From IMG/VR virus record IMGVR_UViG_2934748790_000001, positions 44,058-108,057 of that record: a stretch of DNA of 64,000 nt, one strand, 5' to 3'. Shown here in pieces: positions 56,039-64,000 of the stretch. The first letter of the stretch is position 1; each line of letters begins with the position of its first letter. The position numbers and the translations under genes were made by a program. The notes beneath the pieces are model-generated. The model saw nothing but the letters and a program-made list of their open reading frames with translations, was not told the DNA's origin and did no database searches. The stretch comes from a virus. Its lineage: Duplodnaviria; Caudoviricetes.

Positions 56039-56746
56039 GTGTCCCGCCCCAAGATCCCCCACGTCTCCTGGCGCACCTGCCGCATCACCGCAGCAGCCGC
56101 CCTCGTGGCGCTCCTGACCGCAGCCCTGCTGACCTACCCCGCCGACGCGAAGCCCGACAAGTCGGCCCGGACGTCAGCCCTCCTGCTGCCCGCACTTCAC
56201 ATCGACCGCGCCCTGGACGACGGCCACAACGCCACCGTCGGCGCGCTCCAGGCCCAAGCCGCCGCGCAGGCCGCCGCCCACCGCAAGGCAGAGGCAACAG
56301 CAGCCGCGAAGCGCAAGGCCGAGGCCGAAGCGCGACGACAAGCCGAGGCAGCAGCAACTCGTCGCGCGGCCCGCGCCGAGCGCCAGGCCCAGGCCGAACG
56401 CGAACGCACCCAGCAGCGAGCCGCCCGCTCCGCCACCCGCACCATGGAGACTCCCAGCGTCTCCGGCGCCCGCTCCTACGCCCGCTCCCGCCTGTCCGGC
56501 TCCCAGTATTCGTGCCTGGACAGCCTCATTCACCGCGAGAGCGGATGGAACCACCGCGCGACCAACCCGTCCTCCGGCGCGTACGGACTGATGCAGGCCC
56601 TCCCCGGCTCCAAGATGTCCTCGGCCGGCGCGGACTGGCGGACCAACCCCGTCACCCAGATCCGCTGGGGTCTGAGCTACATCTCCAGCCGCTACGGAAG
56701 CCCGTGCGGAGCCTGGAATTTCTGGCAGAAAAATCGGTGGTATTAG
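56039..56746 (+). CDS. Secreted lytic transglycosylase (SLT-like)
   Basis: Signal peptide, coiled coil, RESGWN..ATNPSSGAYGLMQALP..YI..RYG. Confidence 0.88.
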   Translation: MSRPKIPHVSWRTCRITAAAALVALLTAALLTYPADAKPDKSARTSALLLPALHIDRALDDGHNATVGALQAQAAAQAAAHRKAEATAAAKRKAEAEARRQAEAAATRRAARAERQAQAERERTQQRAARSATRTMETPSVSGARSYARSRLSGSQYSCLDSLIHRESGWNHRATNPSSGAYGLMQALPGSKMSSAGADWRTNPVTQIRWGLSYISSRYGSPCGAWNFWQKNRWY

Positions 56747-56755
56747 CGTCCACAC

Positions 56756-57271
56756 ATGACCCAGATTCGCCTTCTTCTCTGCAAGGACTGCAAGTCCACT
56801 GAAGTCCTCCCTGCCTATCAGGGAGATCCCCGCAGAGACACGGTCCTCGAATACGCGGCAGCCAAGCACCAGTACCCGAATGGCGAACGGCACTTCGGCC
56901 GGCTCTACCCGGTGGAAGGCGTAGACGAGGACCGCTGGCATTCCGACAGCAACGCCCGTGAAGAAATTCTCCGCCGCGTCTGGCAGGAGGAGGGCGCGAC
57001 CGGAATGGAGCCCTGGGTCTACCAGGCGGTCGACACACTCAAGGACGACGCCATGCAGTGCTGGCGCAGCCGGAACCGACCCGAGACCTGCGCCGACTTC
57101 CACTCGGAGAAGAAGCGGCTCGCACCTCCTACCGCTGCCGACCGCAAGGCCGAGGGCCTGCCTAAGTGGGACAAGCACAACCCCGCCGGCCAGCGCTACC
57201 TCTGCGACTACTGCCCTATCCGCTCCGTCAACGAGCAGAAGGTGCGGCACAAGCTCGGGCTCTACAAGTGA
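56756..57271 (+). CDS. Hypothetical Cys-rich protein
   Basis: CKDC and LCDYCP. Confidence 0.7.
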   Translation: MTQIRLLLCKDCKSTEVLPAYQGDPRRDTVLEYAAAKHQYPNGERHFGRLYPVEGVDEDRWHSDSNAREEILRRVWQEEGATGMEPWVYQAVDTLKDDAMQCWRSRNRPETCADFHSEKKRLAPPTAADRKAEGLPKWDKHNPAGQRYLCDYCPIRSVNEQKVRHKLGLYK

Positions 57272-57750
57272 GCAAGAAGCAGCGCCGCCGCGACCCTGAT
57301 GACTGGACCAAGCGGTTCTTCGACAAGGTCGACAAGGGAACAGAATTCGACGACTGCCACATCTGGCTCGGCGCCAAGGACGACTACGGCTACGGGAAAT
57401 TCCGCCTCCCCAACGGCCGCACCAAGGGTACGCACATCATCGCCTGGGAACTGGCAAACCAGAAGACGGTGCCCCCGGGTTGGCACGTCGACCACCTCTG
57501 CCGAATCCGGTCCTGCTGCAACGCGGATCACCTTGAACCCGTACCCGCCGCCGAGAACGTCGAGCGTGGCGAATCATTCTCCGCACGGAACGCCCGCAAA
57601 ACGCACTGCCCCAAAGGTCACGAGTACACCGACGACAACATTCGGTGGCACTCAGGCCGACGCGAATGCGTTACCTGCGTCCGCGCTCGCGACCGCGAAC
57701 GGCGAGTAGCGAAACGCGCGGAAAAAGAAGACGGCTACGAAATCGACTAG
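57268..57750 (+). CDS. HNH endonuclease
   Basis: CHIW.G..GYG..H..DHLC..CCN.DHL..EN; THCPKGH. Confidence 0.88.
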   Translation: MSKKQRRRDPDDWTKRFFDKVDKGTEFDDCHIWLGAKDDYGYGKFRLPNGRTKGTHIIAWELANQKTVPPGWHVDHLCRIRSCCNADHLEPVPAAENVERGESFSARNARKTHCPKGHEYTDDNIRWHSGRRECVTCVRARDRERRVAKRAEKEDGYEID

Positions 57751-57760
57751 GAGTCCCGCA

Positions 57761-58039
57761 ATGCCTCTCGAAACCCCCGCCCCCCTCCAGGTCCGTACGG
57801 CATTCATGGTCGTCCAGCACACCAACGGCGAGTGGGAGGCCCTCACCGACATCAGCAAGCCCGTCGAGGCCGAGCACCCGGCCACGGTCATCGAGATGAA
57901 GTTCGGCGCGAGCGAGGTGGTCTCCGACATCGAGGCCAGCAAGCAATCCGCCATCACAGCCCACCAGCTCATGGCGATGACGACCCAGATGCAGCAGGCC
58001 GCCGCCCATCAGAGTCTGGCCGACCAGCTCAAGCTGTGA
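57761..58039 (+). CDS. Hypothetical protein
   Basis: AGGAG RBS. Confidence 0.7.
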   Translation: MPLETPAPLQVRTAFMVVQHTNGEWEALTDISKPVEAEHPATVIEMKFGASEVVSDIEASKQSAITAHQLMAMTTQMQQAAAHQSLADQLKL

Positions 58040-58532
58040 GCGCCCCCGGGAGCCGGCCCACGTCCACCAGGACGTCGGCCGGCAGACCGTGCTCCAACAG
58101 TGGGTAGAGCAGCTCCATCTCTTCGATCAGCCCCGGCCCCAGGCTCGGGGCCCCCGCCCACGGGCCGAGGGGCAGCCCCAGGTATGCGAGCCCCGGCGTC
58201 GGCCACGTCGGGTCTACCACGGCCCCGCGCGAGTCCACACACCATGCGTGGTGAAGGTGGAGCTGCCACCCGTCCCCACTGTCCCAGACCGCGTAGCCCT
58301 CGGCGTAGACCATGTCGCTCCGAGTGGCCGCCAGGGCGAAGGCGTTCGAGTAGCACGCCCGCGCCGGAAGCCTCGGCACGGAGGCGGGCAGTCGCGCCGG
58401 AGTGAAGAACCGGCCCCGCTCCACCAGCAGTTCGGGCAGCGACCCGTGGGCCCACCCTGCCCTGCGGCCGACCTTCGGATGCCTGGCGATCACGCCACGC
58501 AGCTCCTGAAGAAGCGCCTCCTCAACCGCCAC
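58029..58532 (-). CDS. Hypothetical protein with putative Cys-His-Asp triad
   Basis: CYSNA..YAEGYA..HHAW..VDPTW; GTG start inferred from a purine-rich RBS. Confidence 0.65.
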   Translation of the reverse strand: MAVEEALLQELRGVIARHPKVGRRAGWAHGSLPELLVERGRFFTPARLPASVPRLPARACYSNAFALAATRSDMVYAEGYAVWDSGDGWQLHLHHAWCVDSRGAVVDPTWPTPGLAYLGLPLGPWAGAPSLGPGLIEEMELLYPLLEHGLPADVLVDVGRLPGALTA

Positions 58533-58654
58533 GAGCCCGTTCCTCTCTCCCGCCCGCACCCTATCGCCAGGGTCACGGGCCACCACTATTACCATCACAA
58601 AATCCCGCATCCATACGCTTCTCGGACTTACTGGGCATATGGGAGCTGATCGTT

Positions 58655-59125
58655 GTGCTTTCAGCAGTCATGGTCGTGGAAGGCGTCCTACGCGCTCCCG
58701 ACGGCGAAGGCCACTTCGACATCGGCTGGGGCCTCTACCAAGCCCTCGCCAAGAACTCCCGCCTGTACCTGCTCTCCCACACATGGACCGAGCAGGACAG
58801 CGCCCTATGGCTGGCCAAGCGCAGCCTCACCGGCCACCTCGGCTACCTCCATCAGCCCGAGCCCGGACCCGCCGGCCGCCTCGAAGTTCTGGAACGCGTC
58901 CGAAGCTGGCGCATCGGCCTGGTCCTCGAACCGGACCCCTCCTCCGCCGCCGCAGAGCTGGCCGCCGGATGGAACACCGCACTCATCACACACGCGGCCT
59001 ACACCCAGCCCCGCTGGCGCCCCGACTACACCGGCGCCCCCCGCCCCTGGGACCAGCTCGCCGACGCCATCGAGCACCAGGCCGCGCTCCGCATGACAGA
59101 CCCCCGCACCCAGGAGCAGCCGTGA
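58655..59125 (+). CDS. Hypothetical protein (degenerate HAD-like)
   Basis: VMVVEGVLR N-terminal motif. Confidence 0.6.
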   Translation: MLSAVMVVEGVLRAPDGEGHFDIGWGLYQALAKNSRLYLLSHTWTEQDSALWLAKRSLTGHLGYLHQPEPGPAGRLEVLERVRSWRIGLVLEPDPSSAAAELAAGWNTALITHAAYTQPRWRPDYTGAPRPWDQLADAIEHQAALRMTDPRTQEQP

Positions 59126-59388
59126 CCCTGACCCCGTTCACCAGATTCACGCTCGCCGAAGGCCCCGAGCCCGTCGCCCACGGAGTCGTCTGGGGCGACC
59201 GGACCGCAGCAATCAGGCGCATCGGCGACGACCCGGGCGACACCACGTGGGACGACATCGACTACGCCCTCGACACCCACTGCCCGCCAGGCACGGACAT
59301 CCACTTCCACGCCCTCGGCGACCCGGAACCCGCCCTCGGCGAAGACCCCCTGAGCACCACGGCCTACACGGCGGAGGTAACGGCATGA
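59122..59388 (+). CDS. Hypothetical protein
   Basis: AGGAG RBS; resembles next gene. Confidence 0.6.
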   Translation: MTLTPFTRFTLAEGPEPVAHGVVWGDRTAAIRRIGDDPGDTTWDDIDYALDTHCPPGTDIHFHALGDPEPALGEDPLSTTAYTAEVTA

Positions 59389-59633
59389 ACGAGAACCTCG
59401 TCCTCAGCGACACCCCCCTGCGTCGGTTTCACCTCGACCGCCATGAAGACGCCACCGGCGTCTCAGGCACCGGCACCGTCGCGGCTGGTGTCATTTTCCA
59501 CGACGGGACCGTGGCCATGCGCTGGATGACCGGCCTCTCGTCCACAGCCGTCTACGGCTCCATCGACGACGTTCTGACGATCCACGGGCACAACGGCGCC
59601 ACGGTGGTCACGCTGATCGACGACGTCGCATGA
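59385..59633 (+). CDS. Hypothetical phage protein
   Basis: GGAGG RBS; GVSGTG.VA.GV.F.DG. Confidence 0.75.
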   Translation: MNENLVLSDTPLRRFHLDRHEDATGVSGTGTVAAGVIFHDGTVAMRWMTGLSSTAVYGSIDDVLTIHGHNGATVVTLIDDVA

Positions 59634-59827
59634 CCATGTCCAGGAAGCACTACCGCGAGGCAGCCGCCGTTCTGCGGTCCGCTCTGCCCCCCGAGGGCAA
59701 GCGACAGCCCACCCGCACCGAAACGGTCCGCGAAATCGCCGACGGTCTCGCCGGCCTCTTCGCCCGAGACAATCCCCGCTTCCGGCGAGCCACCTTCATC
59801 GACGCGGTCTTCGAGGACACCAGGTGA
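59630..59827 (+). CDS. Hypothetical phage protein
   Basis: MSRKHY...DNPRF...F motif. Confidence 0.7.
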   Translation: MTMSRKHYREAAAVLRSALPPEGKRQPTRTETVREIADGLAGLFARDNPRFRRATFIDAVFEDTR

Positions 59828-61323
59828 TCTTCTATTACGCCGGGACCGAGATCCCCTCCCACCGCACCCTGTGCGCCGAGCAGCACGTGTCCCACGTCGG
59901 CTTGTCCTACATGGGGCTCCGCCGGCGCGTGAAGTTCTCCAAGCCCTGGACAGTAGAAGCCCATTACCCCCCGGAGCAGTCCGTGTTTCTGGACAGTGGC
60001 TGCCACACGTTGAACCGTCCCGGGGTTGAGGTAACTACCGAGGAAATCCAGGCCATCGCCGACCACTACGACCAGTTCGTAGAGGGAAACGTCGACCGTA
60101 TCCAGGCATACGTCGAGTTCGACGCCCTCCCCATGGGGCGCGACTGGATCGAGGCCCGCCGGCAGCACCTAGACCCGGAAAAGGCCATCGTCGTCTGGCA
60201 CGAGGAATGGGGTGTGGACACCCTCAAGCGGATGGCCGACCAGTACCCCTACATCGCTGTCGGCCAAGGCACCTGCGGAGACCGGGACATCATCCCCCTG
60301 CTCCGCACACTCGGCCGCGAGGTCCGGCTCCACGGCATGGGCTTCTCGTCCCCGCCACTCATGCTGAGCGCCGACTGGTACTCCGTCTCCTCCACCACGT
60401 GGCTGTCGGCCGCCCAGCACGGAGAGACGTTCATCTGGGCTGGCACCGAAATGAAGCGATACCCTGCCCGCTACAAAGGGCAGGCACGCAAGCGGCACCG
60501 CACCCTCATCGCCGGTGCCGGATTCGATACCGATCTCATCGACGCGGACGACGCCTCCGAAAACCTGCGCCTCTCCCTGTGGTCGTGGCGCCACCAGATC
60601 GACCACATTACACAGCGCCATGGAAAGGGAGTAACTGGCACGGCGGAAACGGGTGAACCCGCAAACGCGGAAAACCCGGCGGGGGCAGTTGCGGTGAAGG
60701 CCGAAAACTCCGGGAACGAGGGGGCAACTCGACCCCCCTCCGAAAGAGTGAAGAAACTCCTGCCAGGCATCGAGACCGAGGAGTTCACCCACCGCTACAA
60801 CGACCCCGAGACCGGGGAAAGGAAACAGCGCACCGAGCGCCGCATCAACGTCGTGGACGCCAATGTGCGCACCTGCGACGGATGCTTCCTCGCCAAAAAA
60901 TGCCCCGAATATCAGCCCGGGGAATCCTGCGCCTACGAAATGCCCATCAGGGTGAAGACCAAGGAGCAGTACATCGCACTGCTCGACTCAATGATCACCA
61001 TGCAAGCGATGCGAGTCTTCTCCATGCGCATGTCCGAGGAGGTAGAAGGCGGATACGCCGACCCGAACCTGTCCGCAGAGATGGACCGCCTCGCAAAGTA
61101 CGTCAAAATCAAGGCCGAGATCGAAGAGGCCGGCTTCACCTTCTCGATGAAGATGCAGAGCAAGGACAACGCGGAGGTCGGCCTGATCAGCCGCCTCTTC
61201 GGACCAACGTCCGAGGGGCCCCCCGCCCTCTCCTCCGCCGGGACAGTGTCAGCCGAAACCGCCTTCGATCAGATGGGCATCATGGACGCGGAAGTCGTCG
61301 AGGAGCCAATCCGGAAGGAGTAG
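59824..61323 (+). CDS. tRNA-guanine transglycosylase (TGT/DpdA)-like protein with C-terminal Cys-rich domain
   Basis: FLDSG, VWH, LHGMG, SVSSTTW; CDGC..C..C. Confidence 0.6.
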   Translation: MIFYYAGTEIPSHRTLCAEQHVSHVGLSYMGLRRRVKFSKPWTVEAHYPPEQSVFLDSGCHTLNRPGVEVTTEEIQAIADHYDQFVEGNVDRIQAYVEFDALPMGRDWIEARRQHLDPEKAIVVWHEEWGVDTLKRMADQYPYIAVGQGTCGDRDIIPLLRTLGREVRLHGMGFSSPPLMLSADWYSVSSTTWLSAAQHGETFIWAGTEMKRYPARYKGQARKRHRTLIAGAGFDTDLIDADDASENLRLSLWSWRHQIDHITQRHGKGVTGTAETGEPANAENPAGAVAVKAENSGNEGATRPPSERVKKLLPGIETEEFTHRYNDPETGERKQRTERRINVVDANVRTCDGCFLAKKCPEYQPGESCAYEMPIRVKTKEQYIALLDSMITMQAMRVFSMRMSEEVEGGYADPNLSAEMDRLAKYVKIKAEIEEAGFTFSMKMQSKDNAEVGLISRLFGPTSEGPPALSSAGTVSAETAFDQMGIMDAEVVEEPIRKE

Positions 61324-61806
61324 CTCCCTCCCAGCCCTCCCCGGGAGGAACTGCGCCCTCCATCGACTCGGCCGCCGCCGCGAGCACACCCCCCAGCCCG
61401 CCAGGGGCGCACACCGCCTCCACGAACGCCCGCTCCGCCTCAGACAGTTCCGCCCAGGGGCACGGCAGCATCGCAAGCACCTCCACCGACGGCTCCCACT
61501 TCGCCACAATCGGCCTCCCTCCGCCTTCACAGACTGGCACGATGCGGTCGCAGGTGCGACCGCATCGAACACATTCGAAGAGAACCTGTCACCTCGGCCG
61601 GCCACGCCGATGCTGCCCTCGCGGCGGTCGAGGCTCCCGCCCCAGCCAGGCCACCATGGCGAACCCCGCGACCGTAAGCGCACTCGTGACACCGAGAGAA
61701 CGCAGCCGCGTCTCAAAAAGCCACGCCATCAACTCCATCACGTACCTCCAGACATGACGAGGCCCCCACCCGGGGGCCGGATGGGGGCAGAACAGGCAGG
61801 GCCAGA

Positions 61807-62199
61807 TCAGCCGTCGGCGTTCTTCGGGCAGCCCGGATGGGCCCAGAAGCAGGCGTGAACGCCGAACTTCGTGATCCCCTCGTCAGGGCTGTTCAACGCC
61901 AGCACGGCGTAGGCCGTGAAGAGGGCGCTGAGCACTCCCGACGGCTGCCACCTCTTCTGGTTCTTCTGGAACTGGAAGACGTCGCCCTTCTCCGCGATGG
62001 TCCGCATGGCCTCGTCCGCCAACTGCGCCATCTCCGCCGGACCGGTGCCGGACAGCTCGGACATGCGGAGCGGGACCATGCCGACCAAGGCGTACCCCAC
62101 GTTCTGCACGAACTCGTCCTCGTCCCACCGGGCATCCGGCACGCACGTCACGTAGCCGAATCGTCCGTGCGCGACCTTCTTCGCCACCTCTGCGGCCAT
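61807..62199 (-). CDS. Hypothetical protein
   Basis: GGAGG RBS on minus strand. Confidence 0.7.
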   Translation of the reverse strand: MAAEVAKKVAHGRFGYVTCVPDARWDEDEFVQNVGYALVGMVPLRMSELSGTGPAEMAQLADEAMRTIAEKGDVFQFQKNQKRWQPSGVLSALFTAYAVLALNSPDEGITKFGVHACFWAHPGCPKNADG

Positions 62200-62234
62200 G
62201 CCGCCCTCCCCTTCGTAAAGCCCATTCGGGCATG

Positions 62235-62268
62235 AAAAGGCCCCCCGCTCCCGAAGGAGACGAGGGGC
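62235..62268 (-). terminator. Intrinsic terminator (UUCG-loop hairpin plus U tail)
   Basis: Minus strand GCCCCTCGTCTCC-TTCG-GGAGCGGGGGGCCTTTT. Confidence 0.7.
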
Positions 62269-62292
62269 AGTGAAACTGTCCGCTGAGACGCG

Positions 62293-62931
62293 TCAGAGCG
62301 TCAGCAGCAGGTGTGTCGGCGACACAGGGTCTTTCGCTCGGCACAGGTAGCCGCCGTATTGATCCGTCAGACAGCGGCCAGACTCGTCATACATCAGACC
62401 CTGGCCACACTGACGGCACATGCCGGCCGTGACGCCGGACTCCCCGGCGGGCACGAGGGGCACCGGGTAGAGCCCCGCCGAGTCGGCTTCCCCCAAAGAG
62501 CGCCAGCCGTTCGCGTACAGCTCCAGTAGCAGCGTCGTCGGTTCATCCGCCGCCGGATCGGCCATCTCGATCCGAACGCCCCCGGGCTCAACCTCGACCA
62601 CGACGAAGCCCTCCGAGTAGCCGGCGGCCTCCAGATCGCGGACACACGCCAGCTCCAGCTTGGTACCCGCAGCAGTCAGCCTCGGCGGCTGTTCAGCCCC
62701 CACAGCTTCCCTGCCGGCCGGGGTGACGAAGCTACTGAAGGGCGAATGCCGGTGCCCTTCCCCGATGCGATGGCCGCAGCGGTCCCGCCCGACCGCCAAC
62801 CCGGCATCCCGCAACGAATTCGTCGTCGCCACCGGCGTACTCGCTGGGAACCGCCCCAGCCGATCCGAGACAGCGGCGCGCAGGCCACGCTGCTTCGCGT
62901 CCGAAAGCCCTCTCACGCCAACCTCCGCCAT
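62293..62931 (-). CDS. Hypothetical protein
   Basis: Minus-strand operon; C-terminal CRQC. Confidence 0.55.
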   Translation of the reverse strand: MAEVGVRGLSDAKQRGLRAAVSDRLGRFPASTPVATTNSLRDAGLAVGRDRCGHRIGEGHRHSPFSSFVTPAGREAVGAEQPPRLTAAGTKLELACVRDLEAAGYSEGFVVVEVEPGGVRIEMADPAADEPTTLLLELYANGWRSLGEADSAGLYPVPLVPAGESGVTAGMCRQCGQGLMYDESGRCLTDQYGGYLCRAKDPVSPTHLLLTL

Positions 62932-63161
62932 GCTCGGATTTCCTTCTGAATCTTCCGCAGCGCTGGCGCTGCCAGGTCATCACCCATGTCGATACCGCGC
63001 CCGTCGCCCAGGACTGACTTGTCCATCCGGTCCCAGACGTCCTCCCAGTCGATGCGACCCTCGTTGTACCAGCCCTCGACAATGCCTTGGACGAGTTCGA
63101 TGATTTCCGGGGTAACGTCCTCCGTCGTCCGGACCTCGAAGTCCGGCAGCTTTTCAGCCAC
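62913..63161 (-). CDS. Hypothetical protein
   Basis: AAGGAGG RBS. Confidence 0.7.
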   Translation of the reverse strand: MAEKLPDFEVRTTEDVTPEIIELVQGIVEGWYNEGRIDWEDVWDRMDKSVLGDGRGIDMGDDLAAPALRKIQKEIRAWRRLA

Positions 63162-63489
63162 GGCTGACCTCCTTCGCGGCGGCCGACGGCTGCTTCGGCT
63201 TGACAGGCTCCATGTGCTTTTTCAGGGCACGGTAGAACTCGCGCAGCACTTCCTCTGCGAGCGCCTTTCCGTCCTCGACGGAATCCACCGCGTGGCCGAA
63301 CGGTCCCACTCTGAAGTTGCCAGGCAGGCTGGTCTTGAGACGCAGCCCTCCATCGCGCTCGCTCACGCTGATGTAGAAGAGGGCGGGAACCTTCCCGTCC
63401 TTCTCGAATTCCCCGTTGAGCTGGCCCCCGTCGCTCACTGAGCGTCGGCCCGCTAGGCGCCACTGCAACTTTGACTGTGTCCTTGCCAT
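63154..63489 (-). CDS. Hypothetical protein
   Basis: GAGG RBS before ATG 63489. Confidence 0.65.
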   Translation of the reverse strand: MARTQSKLQWRLAGRRSVSDGGQLNGEFEKDGKVPALFYISVSERDGGLRLKTSLPGNFRVGPFGHAVDSVEDGKALAEEVLREFYRALKKHMEPVKPKQPSAAAKEVSRG

Positions 63490-63556
63490 GTCCTCATCCC
63501 ACCTTGTCCCGAGCACTCAACTTCGCCACCTCGACGCCTCACGACTGAATCGGAGT

Positions 63557-64000
63557 TCAGCCACGGCAGTCCCCTCGCGTGTCGCCGACGTGCATGTCGT
63601 CCAGCAGCCACAGTCGGCCACCAGCGTAGACATGCACCTGCTGCGGCAGCGTCCCCTGCGTCAGCACTTCGACCGACTCCTTGGAGGGCTCGGCGTCCCC
63701 GGCCGCCCACACCGCGAACATCTCACTCGGCTTCGGGTCCAACTTGTTCACCGCGTCGGCCGCCGAGTTGAACGCCACCGCTGCCTCATGGGTAACCCCC
63801 AGCTCGGCCCCGTCGATCACCAAGCGGGCGGCAGCGAGGTACTCCGGGGGCCGCGCGTTCTGCACCATGTTGGTGGTGAACTCACACTTCACGCCGCTGC
63901 TGTCCACGGCCAGGAAGCGGCCCTCGTCGTCGGGCTCAGTAACTACTCGACACCCTTTTTCCGCCACGGTGTCGAAGGTCCAGTTCTTTCCGAGAAGCAC
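63557..64000 (-). CDS. Hypothetical protein (probably truncated by window end)
   Basis: Open frame to window edge, GC3 bias. Confidence 0.6.
   Translation of the reverse strand: MLLGKNWTFDTVAEKGCRVVTEPDDEGRFLAVDSSGVKCEFTTNMVQNARPPEYLAAARLVIDGAELGVTHEAAVAFNSAADAVNKLDPKPSEMFAVWAAGDAEPSKESVEVLTQGTLPQQVHVYAGGRLWLLDDMHVGDTRGDCRG

Noticed and set aside
61249-61760. Short minus-strand ORFs after the TGT-like gene
   Set aside because: One or two small genes are plausible, but frame and start could not be fixed with confidence

Overview
This window is part of a high-GC actinobacteriophage with a contractile tail (myovirus), most likely infecting Streptomyces. The host is inferred from GC content, WhiB, the endolysin type and the near-absence of TTA codons. 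Gene order: 5'-truncated terminase large subunit, portal, scaffold and major capsid, head-tail and fibre genes, sheath, tube, chaperone, tape measure and baseplate (1-32.6 kb); replication and recombination genes including DnaC-like loader, DnaB, primase, SNF2 helicase, SSB, PolA, RecA, two resolvases, WhiB, Cas4-like nuclease and SpoVS (32.7-48.8 kb); small unknown, membrane and FN3 genes plus lysis genes (48.9-56.7 kb); accessory genes including a TGT/DpdA-like protein; and a minus-strand block at the end. I saw no tRNA, rRNA, CRISPR array or integrase. Main finding: the essential portal gene is split by a 7-nt GAG-TTAA-GAG interruption (2661-2670). This places the rare bldA-dependent UUA codon directly after a GAG codon that is matched by a second GAG 7 nt downstream, which suggests programmed translational bypassing linking virion assembly to host developmental state. 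Other points: a probable +1 frameshift (UUU_CGC) in the tail chaperone, a degenerate poly-gamma-glutamate hydrolase fused to baseplate gp25, a phage SpoVS, a repeated motif upstream of structural genes, and a duplicated membrane gene pair. All product calls come from motif recognition by eye; no database searches were run.
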